From: an uncultured Candidatus Rokubacteria bacterium | GTDB lineage: Bacteria > Methylomirabilota > Methylomirabilia > Rokubacteriales > CSP1-6 | NCBI GenBank assembly: GCA_963762145.1 | Contig: CAVXJS010000019.1 | Location: forward strand, 160,001-224,000 | Direction: 5' to 3' | DNA: 64,000 nt | In this document: positions 49,851-60,536 of the stretch, one piece after another | Layout of the letters: each line of letters opens with the position of its first letter | Position numbering within the stretch: position 1 is the stretch's first letter | Program-made: the position numbers and the translations under genes | The notes under the pieces: model-generated | What the model saw: the letters and a program-made list of their open reading frames with translations, nothing else | What the model was told of the DNA's origin: nothing | The model's database searches: none

Positions 49851-50318
49851 CTATGCGCGCGCGAGGAGCCGCCGCAGGAACTCGACGGCGAGGAAGGCGA
49901 AGCTCACCGGCACCGGCGCGAAGAGCCACCATTCCGGGAACACGACGGACTTGATCACGAGCGAGCCCTGCTGGACGGAGCTGGCGATGGCCCGGATCCC
50001 GTAGACGACGAAGACGGCGGACACCGCGAACCCGGCCGCGTCGGCCGCCCGCTCGAGCGCGCGGCCCAGCCGGCGGGGCAGAACGGTCATCAGGGCGTCC
50101 ACCCGCACGTGCTCGCTGCGGGCCAGCAGCCACGGGGCGATGAGGAACGTGGCGAGGGGCAGGCAGTACTCGGAGACCTCGAGGATCCAGGGCAGGGTGC
50201 CCCAGTCGAGGTTGCGCGCCACCACGTCGGCGGTGACGAGGAGCGCGAGGGCGCCCAGCAGCAGGGCGGCGGCCACCGCGCCGGCGTGGAGCAGTCCCAG
50301 GTAGGCGCGGGCCGCCAT
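49851..50318 (-). CDS. dctQ: TRAP transporter small permease
   Basis: DVVAR, EVSEY, HVRVD; four TM helices. Confidence 0.88.
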   Translation of the reverse strand: MAARAYLGLLHAGAVAAALLLGALALLVTADVVARNLDWGTLPWILEVSEYCLPLATFLIAPWLLARSEHVRVDALMTVLPRRLGRALERAADAAGFAVSAVFVVYGIRAIASSVQQGSLVIKSVVFPEWWLFAPVPVSFAFLAVEFLRRLLARA

Positions 50319-50335
50319 TCGGACCGGGGATCCGG

Positions 50336-51319
<984 letters not shown>

Positions 51320-51345
51320 TCAGGTTTCGCGTGGGCTGCGGGCGG

Positions 51346-51374
51346 AGAGTAGGGGAGCCCGCGCCGGTTGTCAA
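51346..51374 (-). promoter_or_regulatory. sigma70-type promoter of the TRAP operon
   Basis: Minus strand TTGACA-N17-TACTCT. Confidence 0.65.
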
Positions 51375-51442
51375 TTCCCGACGCCCGGCCGGTTGGCGGT
51401 CGCCGGACCGCGTGCTAACCTTCCGCGCAGGAGGGCCTTCGG

Positions 51443-52768
51443 ATGCTGAGCCGTGAGGACAACGAGCTCCTGACCCGGACCGGGCCGGGCACCGCGATGG
51501 GCGACCTGATCCGCCGGTACTGGATCCCGGTGGTGGAGTCCCGGGAGCTCGAGCCGGGGGGACGCGTGAAGCGCGTGATGCTGCTCGGCGAGCGCCTCAT
51601 CGTCTTCCGCGGCCGCAGCGGGCGCACCGGCCTCATCGGGGAGTTCTGCCCGCATCGCGGCGCCTCGTTCTACTACGGGCGGGTCGAGGAGAACGGGATG
51701 CGGTGCGCCTACCACGGCTGGAAGTTCGGCCTGGACGGCCAGTGCCTGGAGATGCCGAGCGAGCCGCCCGAGTCGAGCTTCGCGACCAAGGTCGCCCACA
51801 CCGCGTATCCGTGCGTGGAGAAGGGCGGGGTTGTCTGGGCCTACATGGGGCCGGCCGGCGCGCCCCCGCCGCTGCCCGAGCTCGAGTTCACGCTGCTGCC
51901 CGAGGGGCACACCTTCATCTCGCGGCGCGTGCAGGACTGCAACTGGTTCCAGGCGATGGAGGGCGGCATCGACTCGAGCCACATCTCGTTCCTCCACGCG
52001 CCGATCGATCACCGCAACAGCGAGGTCACCGAGGACATGGACCGGGTCAGCTTCGGGGTGGGCGCCGCGGTCTCGACGGGCGACCGCGCGCCGCGCTTCG
52101 AGGTGGCCGACACCGACTACGGGGTGGTGATCGGGGCGCGCCGGGCGAACCCCGACGGCCGGTGGTACTGGCGCATCACCCAGTTCCTGCTGCCGTTCTA
52201 CACGATGCCGCCCACCGATCTGGACGAGCGCATCGTGCAGTCGCACATCTGGGTGCCCATGGACGACACGCACTCGGTGAACTGGATGGTGACGTGGCAT
52301 CCCGACCGCAAGCTGACCGACGAGGAGATCCGGCTCAACGTGGAGGGCAAGGGCGCGCACGTGTGCGACTACGCGCCGGCCACCTCCGAGCCCTACGGCG
52401 ACGTGCGGACCGCGGCCAACCGGGCCAACGACTACTTCATGGACTGGGAGGTGCACCGCACGCGGATGTACTGCGGGATCCCGGGCTTCGGCGTCCAGGA
52501 CCAGGCGGTGCAGGAGAGCCAGGGCGAGATCGTCGATCGCAGCCGCGAGCGCCTGGGCTCGAGCGACACCGCGATCATCCAGGTGCGTCGGCGCATGATG
52601 ACGGCGGCCCGGGCGCTGCGCGATCACGGCGCTCCCGCGCCCGGCGCCAACCCGCGGTCCTTCCTCGTCCGGTCCGCCTCCGTCGTGCTGGCTCCGGGCG
52701 AGAGCTGGGTCCAGGGCGCCATGGCGCGCATGGTGGTGAGGGCGGGCGACCAGCTCACGCTCGCCTGA
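51443..52768 (+). CDS. Rieske non-heme iron oxygenase (phthalate 4,5-dioxygenase/LigXa-like)
   Basis: CPH…CAYH Rieske motif, EGGIDSSHISFLH, QDQAVQESQG. Confidence 0.92.
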   Translation: MLSREDNELLTRTGPGTAMGDLIRRYWIPVVESRELEPGGRVKRVMLLGERLIVFRGRSGRTGLIGEFCPHRGASFYYGRVEENGMRCAYHGWKFGLDGQCLEMPSEPPESSFATKVAHTAYPCVEKGGVVWAYMGPAGAPPPLPELEFTLLPEGHTFISRRVQDCNWFQAMEGGIDSSHISFLHAPIDHRNSEVTEDMDRVSFGVGAAVSTGDRAPRFEVADTDYGVVIGARRANPDGRWYWRITQFLLPFYTMPPTDLDERIVQSHIWVPMDDTHSVNWMVTWHPDRKLTDEEIRLNVEGKGAHVCDYAPATSEPYGDVRTAANRANDYFMDWEVHRTRMYCGIPGFGVQDQAVQESQGEIVDRSRERLGSSDTAIIQVRRRMMTAARALRDHGAPAPGANPRSFLVRSASVVLAPGESWVQGAMARMVVRAGDQLTLA

Positions 52769-53544
52769 TGCCGGGCCGCATGGCCGGCCGCGTGGCCCTC
52801 GTCACCGGCGGCGGGGGCGGCATCGGAGAGGCCACCGGCCGGCTATTCGCGGAGGAGGGCGCGGCGGTCACGCTGCTCGACGCCGACGCGGCCGCGGTCG
52901 AGTCCGCGGCGGCCGGCATCCTGAGCGCGGTGCCGGGGGCGCAGGTCCAGGCCTTCGTCGGTGACGTCACCCGGGAGAGCGACGTCCGTCGAATCATGGA
53001 CGAGGCGTCGGCGCGCTGGGGTGGGCTCCACACGCTGGTCAACGTGGCGGGCGTGCGCGTCTACGCGCCGCTGGCCGACGCGGACGCGGCGGACTGGGAG
53101 CGCATCATCGGGGTCAACGTGCTGGGCACCGCCCACTGCTGCAAGGCCGCGCTGCCGCGGCTCCGCGCGTCGGGACGCGGCACCATCGTGAACGTCTCGT
53201 CGGTCTACGGGGTCATGGGCCGGACCGGCATGGGCCAGTACGACACGACCAAGGCGGCGGTGCTCGGGTTCACGCGGGCCCTCGCGGTGGAGGAGGCCCC
53301 GCAGCGCATCCGCGTCAACGCGGTGTGCCCCGGCGGCACCATCACCCCCTACCACATCCGGCGCGCCGGGGCGCGCGGGGTCTCCGAGGCCGAGATGCGC
53401 ACCCAGCGCGCGGGCGACAACCTGCTCGGGCGCTGGGCGGAGCCGCGCGAGGTGGCGTACCCGATCCTGTTTCTCGCCGGGGACGAGTCGTCCTTCATCA
53501 CGGGCGCCACCCTGATGGTGGACGCCGGCCGCTCCATCTTGTGA
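52768..53544 (+). CDS. SDR oxidoreductase
   Basis: TGGGGGIG, NVAG, YDTTK, RVNAVCPG. Confidence 0.9.
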   Translation: MPGRMAGRVALVTGGGGGIGEATGRLFAEEGAAVTLLDADAAAVESAAAGILSAVPGAQVQAFVGDVTRESDVRRIMDEASARWGGLHTLVNVAGVRVYAPLADADAADWERIIGVNVLGTAHCCKAALPRLRASGRGTIVNVSSVYGVMGRTGMGQYDTTKAAVLGFTRALAVEEAPQRIRVNAVCPGGTITPYHIRRAGARGVSEAEMRTQRAGDNLLGRWAEPREVAYPILFLAGDESSFITGATLMVDAGRSIL

Positions 53545-54665
53545 CCGCGTCCGACGCGGCGGCGCGCCTGCGGTCGGTGGACGCGCTGCGCGGGCTCACG
53601 GTGGCCGCGATGGTGCTGGTGAACAATCCGGGCACGTGGAGCGCGGTGTACGCGCCGCTCCGGCACGCGGCCTGGCACGGGTGGACGCCCACCGACATGG
53701 TCTTCCCGTTCTTTCTCTTCGTGGTGGGAGTCTCGATCCCGCTGGCTCTGGGGCCGGCGCTCGAGCGAGGCGCGACCGGGCTGCCCGCGCGCGTCGTCCG
53801 ACGGGCCGCGGTGATCTTCGGGCTGGGCCTGCTGCTCCACGCGCTGCCTTTCTTCCCGCTCGCCGACCTCCGCATCCCGGGCGTCCTGCAGCGCATCGCG
53901 GTCTGCTACCTGCTGGCCGCGCTGCTCGTGCTGGCCACCGGCGGCGCGCACGGCTGGCGCGCGCAGGGGGCCGTCGCGGGAGCGCTCCTGGTGGGGTACT
54001 GGCTCGTGATGACGCGAGTGGCCGCGCCCGGCCACGTGGCCGGCGACCTGAGCCCCGAAGGCAACCTCGCCGGCTACGTCGATCGGCTCGTGCTCGGCAC
54101 GCGACACATCTGGCGGGCTTCCCGGTTCTACGATCCGGAGGGCATTCTCAGCACCCTGCCCGCCACCGCGACGACGCTCCTGGGCGTGCTGGCCGGCCAC
54201 TGGCTACGGGCCGGCCGGTCCGGAGCGCGGGTCGTCGGAGGGCTCGTGGCGGCCGGGCTCGCCGCGACGGCGCTCGGCTGGCTGTGGGGTCTCTCGTTCC
54301 CGGTGAACAAGTCCCTGTGGACCAGCTCGTACGCGCTGCTGATGGCGGGCCTGGCCGCGCTCGCGCTGGCCGCCTGCTACTGGATCATCGAGACGCGCGG
54401 CCGCCGCGGCTGGGCCGCGCCCTTCGCGGTGCTGGGGGTCCACGCGCTCACGCTGTTCTTCCTGTCCAGCCTGATGGCGAAGCTCCTGTTGATCGTCCGG
54501 GTGGGCCCCGGCGGTCCGCGGCTCCACGCGTGGCTGTTCGAGCACGGCTTCGCGCCCTGGGCCGCGCCGGTCAACGCGTCGCTGGCCTACGCGCTCGTGT
54601 ACGTCCTGCTGTGGTGGGGGCTCATGTGGGCGCTCGACCGGAGCGGGCTGCGGCTGCGGGTCTGA
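53541..54665 (+). CDS. HGSNAT/NagX-like membrane acyltransferase
   Basis: RSVDALRG, MVLVN, HAAWHG…DMVFPFF, GVLQRIA, DPEG, NKSLWT. Confidence 0.88.
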   Translation: MTASDAAARLRSVDALRGLTVAAMVLVNNPGTWSAVYAPLRHAAWHGWTPTDMVFPFFLFVVGVSIPLALGPALERGATGLPARVVRRAAVIFGLGLLLHALPFFPLADLRIPGVLQRIAVCYLLAALLVLATGGAHGWRAQGAVAGALLVGYWLVMTRVAAPGHVAGDLSPEGNLAGYVDRLVLGTRHIWRASRFYDPEGILSTLPATATTLLGVLAGHWLRAGRSGARVVGGLVAAGLAATALGWLWGLSFPVNKSLWTSSYALLMAGLAALALAACYWIIETRGRRGWAAPFAVLGVHALTLFFLSSLMAKLLLIVRVGPGGPRLHAWLFEHGFAPWAAPVNASLAYALVYVLLWWGLMWALDRSGLRLRV

Positions 54666-55269
54666 CGAGCGGCGGTCGGGCGCGGCTCACGAAGGGATTG
54701 CCCCGCAGCCAGAAGCGCCACGGCTGCGCGACCCAGTCCCCCGCGTAGTCGATGCCGACGCGCGGGCCGGCCGCGATGGCGTCCGCGGAGACGCGGCGGC
54801 CCGGCTCGAGCCAGATCCGGTCGCCGAGGAGATCGGCGCCGTCGAGCCGGCGGTCGATGCCGAGCGCGATGCAGAGCTTGCCCGGGCCGCTGGTCAGCTC
54901 GCCGGGCGCCGCGCCGCCGCGCCGCCGGCGCATCAGGTCCACGCCCTCGAGCGGCTCCAGGGCGCGCACCAGGACCGCGTGGGGCACGTCCGCGACATTG
55001 GTCACCACGTTGAACTGGTGGTACATGCCGTACACGAAGTAGACGTAGGCGATCCCGCCGCGCGCGTACATCGTCTCGGTGCGGCGGGTGCGCCGGCCCC
55101 CGTAGGCGTGGGAGGCGCGGTCCTCGGGGCCCCGGTAGGCTTCCGTCTCCACGATGATCCCGGACACGCGCCGCCCGTCGCGCGCGCGCGCCACCAGCCG
55201 GGTGCCCAGGAGCCGCCGGGCGAGCGCCACCACGTCCGCGCGCGTGTAGAACGCGCGCCCGAGCTTCAC
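54622..55269 (-). CDS. 3-methyladenine DNA glycosylase (MPG/AAG family)
   Basis: IVETEAY, YVYFVYGM, AVLVRA, GPGKLC, GPRVGI, PWRF. Confidence 0.92.
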   Translation of the reverse strand: MKLGRAFYTRADVVALARRLLGTRLVARARDGRRVSGIIVETEAYRGPEDRASHAYGGRRTRRTETMYARGGIAYVYFVYGMYHQFNVVTNVADVPHAVLVRALEPLEGVDLMRRRRGGAAPGELTSGPGKLCIALGIDRRLDGADLLGDRIWLEPGRRVSADAIAAGPRVGIDYAGDWVAQPWRFWLRGNPFVSRARPPLVRPAAAARSGRAPT

Positions 55270-57278
55270 GGCGTCCGCGGGGTGCGCGCCGCGCCCGGCT
55301 CGATCGGGAAGAGGCGGTTCTCGCGCATCAGGCGATCGGTGGTCTCGTACAGCGCGAGGAACTCGCGGGTGAGGCGGCTCGCCACCTCGGGGTGCTCGCG
55401 GGAGAGATCGGCGGGCGGCATCGCGTCGCCGTCCACCGCGAGCAGCTCGGCCTCGCCCGCGGTCAGCCGGTACCGCAGCGCGAAGCCGTCCTTGAAATAG
55501 AACGTCTCCTTGGTGTCGCCGCTGATGATCCCGGCGGTGACCGGAGGCTCGAAGAGGCTCCGCCCCATGCCCGCGTAGGCCCGGTCGCCCTCGAGGAGGG
55601 AGCCGATCGTCGGCAGCACGTCCACCTCGCTCGCGACCCGGTCCGGAAGCCCGGACCAGCGGGCGCGCGCGCGCGCGATCGGAGGCCCGGCCAGGATCAG
55701 GGGAAGGCGGAGGCGCTCGAGCGGCAGGGAGCCGAAGGTCGGGCCGGTGTGATCGCCGATCACGACCAGCAGGGTCTGGTCGAAGTCGGGCCGCGCCGCC
55801 CGCAGCCGCTCGACGAACGCCCGAATGCTGTCGTCGGCGTAGCGGAAGGTGCCGAGCGGGCTGTTGCCGAGGGGCATCGGCGCCTCGGGCGGCACCTGCC
55901 ACGGCGAATGGCTCGTCCCGGTCATCACGTAGAGGCTGAAGGGCCCCGGGGTGGCGGTGACCGCGCGCGCGGCCTCCAGGAGCAGCGGGCCGTCGTTGAT
56001 GCCGAGCGGCCCGATCGCGGCCGGGCCCAGCGGCTTCTCGAGCGCGTCGAAGCCGGCGGCGCGGAAGCCCAGGTTGCGGAGAAAGGTCGTGATCTCGGCG
56101 GTGCGGTGGCGGAAGCCGGAGAAGGCATAGTGCTGCGCGCCGGGCGAGGTCAGCATGCGCGGCAGCGAGGCGAAGTAGGTGCCCATGATCGACTGGGAGA
56201 GCCGCACGCCGCTGCCGCCCAGGGCGTGGGTCCAGTGAACGCTCGTGAGCGTCGCGAAGACCGCGCCGTCCGTGGAGGGGAAGCTCTGATAGATGCGCGG
56301 GAAGTAGAGGCCCTCGGCCGCGAGCGAGCGCAGGAACGGCATCACCGGCCCCTGCGGCTCGTCGTGCTCCAGCAGGGTGGCGCCGAGGCCCTCGACCTGG
56401 ATGAGGACCACGTTCCGGATCCCGAGGCCGGCCGTCCCGCGCAGCGTCCGCAGGAGCGGATACGGCCGATCGCCCTCCGGGAGGCCGAGCAGCCGCTGGG
56501 CGAGCGGGAGCGCGTCCACGGTCTCGACCCGATACGGCGGACGCCCGCCCCCCATCGCCACCGGCAGGTACTCGCGGATCAGGTCCCAGAGGGGATTGAC
56601 CACCGCCTGATTGAGCACGTAGTCGTCCAGCGCCATGTGGTGCCGGCTCGCGATCCACGCGACCTCCGTCTTGGGCCGGCCGCCCACCTGCTTGACCGTG
56701 ATCGGCTGCGCCATCGTGAGGGCGAACAGCGCGAGGACGCCCAGCGCGAGCGCGGGAGCGTACCACGGGCGCCACAGGTCGTGGCGGTGGCCGCCGAGCC
56801 GGCGGACGTGGCGCGCGGCGAGCGTGACGAGGCCCGCCAGGACGAGCAGCACCAGCGCCACCAGCAGCGGATGCTCCCGGAGAAAGGGTCGCAGCGCCAC
56901 CCAGATGTCGCCGGGCTCGGCGAGATACGCGAAGAGCATCTCCCAGAGGTGCTGGTTGCGCTCGCGGACGAAGAGCAGATTGATCGCCGCCACGGTGGCG
57001 TTGATCGTGGTGATCACCCAGAGCCCCGCGCCCAGGACGCGCCCGCGCACGCGACGGGTGAGCAGGATGAGTCCGCCCAGGATCAGCAGCTCGAGGCCCA
57101 GGAGGGCCAGGTCCAGGCGGAGGCCGTGGAGCAGCACCGCGGGCACCTCCCCCCACGCGGCGCGCCGGGCGAACCACGCCACGAACAGCAGGCGGTAGGC
57201 GGCCAGCAGGAGCAGGTTGAGGACGACCAGGCCGAGCGCGTGGGCGGTCAGCCGGAGAGCGCGTGGCCCCCCGCTCAT
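55266..57278 (-). CDS. LTA-synthase-like membrane-anchored alkaline-phosphatase-superfamily enzyme
   Basis: About five N-terminal TM helices; NVVLIQVEG, PSTDG (candidate Thr nucleophile), TSHSPW, RYADD, IGDH. Confidence 0.82.
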   Translation of the reverse strand: MSGGPRALRLTAHALGLVVLNLLLLAAYRLLFVAWFARRAAWGEVPAVLLHGLRLDLALLGLELLILGGLILLTRRVRGRVLGAGLWVITTINATVAAINLLFVRERNQHLWEMLFAYLAEPGDIWVALRPFLREHPLLVALVLLVLAGLVTLAARHVRRLGGHRHDLWRPWYAPALALGVLALFALTMAQPITVKQVGGRPKTEVAWIASRHHMALDDYVLNQAVVNPLWDLIREYLPVAMGGGRPPYRVETVDALPLAQRLLGLPEGDRPYPLLRTLRGTAGLGIRNVVLIQVEGLGATLLEHDEPQGPVMPFLRSLAAEGLYFPRIYQSFPSTDGAVFATLTSVHWTHALGGSGVRLSQSIMGTYFASLPRMLTSPGAQHYAFSGFRHRTAEITTFLRNLGFRAAGFDALEKPLGPAAIGPLGINDGPLLLEAARAVTATPGPFSLYVMTGTSHSPWQVPPEAPMPLGNSPLGTFRYADDSIRAFVERLRAARPDFDQTLLVVIGDHTGPTFGSLPLERLRLPLILAGPPIARARARWSGLPDRVASEVDVLPTIGSLLEGDRAYAGMGRSLFEPPVTAGIISGDTKETFYFKDGFALRYRLTAGEAELLAVDGDAMPPADLSREHPEVASRLTREFLALYETTDRLMRENRLFPIEPGAARTPRTP

Positions 57279-58663
57279 CGCACCCCGAAGAGCGACGCGA
57301 AGAACTCCACGCGCTGTCCGAAGGTGGCGGCGCTCGCGTCCGCCCAGATGCTGATGAGCGCGAAGAATGTCCATACGCCGGCGATCTGACGGATCCGCGA
57401 CGGCAGCGTGGTGGGGGTGGCCGCCCCGGCGCCCCGCCGCTGCTGCTCGCGCCGCATCGAGACGTAGATGCCGAGGCTCAGCAGCAGGCAGTAGAACGAG
57501 CGGGCCTCGAGCCACGGGCGGAGCCCGGGCAGGTCGAGGGTCAGCAGGAACGTATCGTTGAACACGATGTGGTAGTAGAGGTTGCCGAAACCCGCGGCGG
57601 CGAGGGTCGCGGCGAGCATGCGCAGCGCCGGCCGCCCCCGGAAGCGGCGCACGTAGGTCGGGAAGAAGAAGAAGTCGACCAGCATCTCCTTGAAGTAATA
57701 GTAGTAGCGGTTCCAGAACTCGACCAGGGACGGGGCCAGGAGCGGCTTGTAGGTGTTGCGGAAGATGTTGAACCCGAAGAGCCGGAGCACCCCGATGATC
57801 TCGTGCCCCCGCGCGGCCACCTTCAGCACGTCCCAGATCAGCCCGGCGTAGAGCGCGCTCCACGCCGCCGCCCACGGCGCCCCGGCGCCCGCGGGCAGGA
57901 GCGCCTCGACGCGCGGTACCCCGAGCCCGTACGCGCTCCAGGTCCCCCGCGGCTCGGCGTAGACCAGCCCGGCCATCAGCCCGAGGAGACCGTGGTAGAT
58001 CGCGGCGAGCGCGAGGAGCTTGAGCCCGGCGAGCTGCGAGCGGGCGAGGGCCTCCTCGCTCGTGGCCTCGTGCCGCGCCAGATGATCGAGCCCCTTGCCG
58101 TAGGGCACGCCGGTACCGCCGTAGGCGGGATAGAGGTAGAGCAGGTGATCGGAGAAGCGGGTGCCCGCCATGCGCCCGCGCTGGCCGGAGAGGAGGAGGT
58201 AGCCCAGGCGCCAGAGCAGGAAGGCCAGCGCCAGCACGAGCCCCGAGAGCGTGAGGGCGACCACGCCCCCGCCGTCGGGGACGAGCCAGCCCAGGACCAC
58301 GATCGTCCAGAAGGCGCCGTGCAGCCAGAGCTGGGGCCGGCCGCGCACGATCGCGGGCAGGGACGCGAAGCGGCGCGCGGCCACGTAGACCGCCACCGCC
58401 ACGACGAGGCAGAGCAGCACGATCAGCGCGGCGGCGAGCGGGCCGGCCGGGGCGCGGACATCCACCGCGGGCGCCATCTCCTTGAGGGGTCGCCGCACGA
58501 CGATGTAGAGCGCGCCCAGGGCGAGCAGCGCCCGGCGCCGCCGCGGCGTCAGGCGGGAGAGCAGCGGCCCGGTCCACGCCTGCCAGCGCGCCACGACGGC
58601 GGGATTCTCGTGGAGCTGGGTCAGTCGCCGCGTCGTGCCCCGGAAGCCCGCCGCGCCGCTCAC
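57275..58663 (-). CDS. MBOAT-family acyltransferase (DltB/AlgI-like, divergent)
   Basis: Polytopic membrane protein; LFGF…NTYKPLLAPSLVEFWNRY and GNLYYH. Confidence 0.75.
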   Translation of the reverse strand: MSGAAGFRGTTRRLTQLHENPAVVARWQAWTGPLLSRLTPRRRRALLALGALYIVVRRPLKEMAPAVDVRAPAGPLAAALIVLLCLVVAVAVYVAARRFASLPAIVRGRPQLWLHGAFWTIVVLGWLVPDGGGVVALTLSGLVLALAFLLWRLGYLLLSGQRGRMAGTRFSDHLLYLYPAYGGTGVPYGKGLDHLARHEATSEEALARSQLAGLKLLALAAIYHGLLGLMAGLVYAEPRGTWSAYGLGVPRVEALLPAGAGAPWAAAWSALYAGLIWDVLKVAARGHEIIGVLRLFGFNIFRNTYKPLLAPSLVEFWNRYYYYFKEMLVDFFFFPTYVRRFRGRPALRMLAATLAAAGFGNLYYHIVFNDTFLLTLDLPGLRPWLEARSFYCLLLSLGIYVSMRREQQRRGAGAATPTTLPSRIRQIAGVWTFFALISIWADASAATFGQRVEFFASLFGVR

Positions 58664-58911
58664 CGGACCTCCCGCTCGATCAGGTCCAGGATGCCGCTCA
58701 CCGAGGTGAGCTGCTCCGGCTCCAGGCCGACCGTCGCGAAGTCGATCCGGTACTGCTCCTCGAGAAAGGCCACGATCTCGAGCAGGGCCAGCGAGTCGAT
58801 CAGCCCGCTCTCCACGAGGCTGTCGGTCTCCGCCACCGAGTCGAGCGGCCGGTCGGGCTTCTGGATGGTGCGCAGGAACTCGAGCACCCGCTCCCGGTGG
58901 CGCTGGCGCAC
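58660..58911 (-). CDS. Acyl carrier protein (DltC-like)
   Basis: LVESGLIDSLALLEIVAFLEEQY phosphopantetheine attachment motif. Confidence 0.88.
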   Translation of the reverse strand: MRQRHRERVLEFLRTIQKPDRPLDSVAETDSLVESGLIDSLALLEIVAFLEEQYRIDFATVGLEPEQLTSVSGILDLIEREVR

Positions 58912-60420
58912 TCAGCGTCCCTGCAGGATGCGGGCGAGATCGAGGGGCGGGCGCCCCGCGCAGGCCTCGCGCACCGCCTCGCGGCTCACCTTGCCGCGCT
59001 CGGATCGCGGGATCGCGTCCACCAGCCACCACCGCGCCGGCAGCTTGCCCTCGGCCAGCCGCCCGCGGATCCACGCGTGCGCCTCGCGCACCGCCGCGTC
59101 GTCGCCTTCGGTGAGCGCGATCGCGAGGCCCACGTTCTGCCCGTAGAGCGGATCGTCCACCGCGAAGGCGCAGACGTCGGCGACGCGTGGGCAGCCCTCG
59201 GCCGCCGCGTCGACCTCCGCGGGGGAGATCTTGAGCCCGCCCTTGTTGATCTCGTCGCGCTCGCGCCCGCGCAGGTGGAGCCAGCCGCGCTCGTCGAGGA
59301 GCCCCAGGTCGCCGGTGGCGAAGCGGCCGTTCTGGATCGCCCGCCGGGTCAGGTCGTCCTGCCCGAGGTAGCCGCGCATGAGCGTCGGGCTCTCGATCCA
59401 CACCTCGCCGACCTCACCCGCCGCACACGGCGCCGCGTCGGCGCGCTGCACGTGCAGGACCGCGCCCCATGGCGGCCCGATGAGGCCGTCCGCCGGGGTG
59501 AACGGGCCGTCCGAGGTGCCCGCCACCCAGCTCCCGGTCTCGGTGAGGCCGTAGGTGTTGAAGACCTCCTGCGTGCCCGCCCAGCCGCGAATGCTCTCCC
59601 ACAGCGTCGCGGGCAGGGGGGCCGAGCCGCAGTGCACTCGCCGGAGCGTGCCGCCGCGCGGCGGGCGGGCCACCCGGAGCGCGAGGCGCCACATCGCGGG
59701 CACCGACGACAGGAAGCTGATCCGGTGCTCGTCGATGATCGTTCCCAGCCGGAGCAGCAGATCGGGCCGGAAGGGCGGCGTGATGAACAGGTCCCGGCCG
59801 GCGAGCCAGGGGAAGAGGCTGTTGCAGATGAGCCCGTGCCCGAAGTGGGTCGGCAGGAGGCACAGCGTGCGGGCGTAGGCCTCGAGGCCGAGCGCGTCCC
59901 GCAAGGCGTTCCACCGGGCGGCCAGCGAGGCGTGGGTGTGCACGACGCCCTTGGGCACGCCGCTGGACCCGGAAGTGAAGAGGACGAGCGCGTCGCACTC
60001 CGGGCGGGCCGCGTCCGCCGGCAGATCGGCGGGTGAGAGCGGCTGGGTGGCGTCGACGACCGTCACTCGGGGCGGGAGCGCGCGGGCGATCACGCCGTCC
60101 GTGCCGTCGTCCACCACCGAGAAGCGGGGCGCCACGGTCTCCACGAGGCGCTCGAGCTCGACGCGGGTGAGGGTCGGGTCCAGGGGCACCGCGACGGCGC
60201 CCGATCGCCAGATCGCCAGGAGCTCGGCGAAGAACTCGAGCCGGTTGCCGAAGTGCAGCAACACGCGGTCGCCGGGGTGGAGGCCATCGCGGCAATAGCG
60301 GGCGGCCCGGGCCGAGACCTCGCGTGTCACGACCGGCGGAGTCCAGTGCCGACCGGTCAACGGCTCGGTGAGCGGGCCGACGGTCAGCAGGACGCGCGCC
60401 TCTTCATGACCGTTCTGCAT
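58912..60420 (-). CDS. Class I adenylate-forming enzyme (acyl-CoA/ACP ligase)
   Basis: FTSGSSGVPKG, YGLTET, TGDLG, GRERDEINKGG, PRSERGK; start uncertain. Confidence 0.88.
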   Translation of the reverse strand: MQNGHEEARVLLTVGPLTEPLTGRHWTPPVVTREVSARAARYCRDGLHPGDRVLLHFGNRLEFFAELLAIWRSGAVAVPLDPTLTRVELERLVETVAPRFSVVDDGTDGVIARALPPRVTVVDATQPLSPADLPADAARPECDALVLFTSGSSGVPKGVVHTHASLAARWNALRDALGLEAYARTLCLLPTHFGHGLICNSLFPWLAGRDLFITPPFRPDLLLRLGTIIDEHRISFLSSVPAMWRLALRVARPPRGGTLRRVHCGSAPLPATLWESIRGWAGTQEVFNTYGLTETGSWVAGTSDGPFTPADGLIGPPWGAVLHVQRADAAPCAAGEVGEVWIESPTLMRGYLGQDDLTRRAIQNGRFATGDLGLLDERGWLHLRGRERDEINKGGLKISPAEVDAAAEGCPRVADVCAFAVDDPLYGQNVGLAIALTEGDDAAVREAHAWIRGRLAEGKLPARWWLVDAIPRSERGKVSREAVREACAGRPPLDLARILQGR

Positions 60421-60536
60421 GATACCGCGAGGGGCGCACGGGGAGAAAACACCACGGGCGCGGCCGAGAAGGGACCGCGCCCGTGATCCGACGCCGGCGG
60501 ACTACCCGGCGCCGCCTGCTGCGTTGGGCCGCCCCG

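Noticed and set aside
54622-55269. MPG glycosylase as a functional part of the dlt-like operon
   Set aside because: It overlaps the LtaS-like gene by 4 nt, but such overlaps are ubiquitous here and no functional link is evident.
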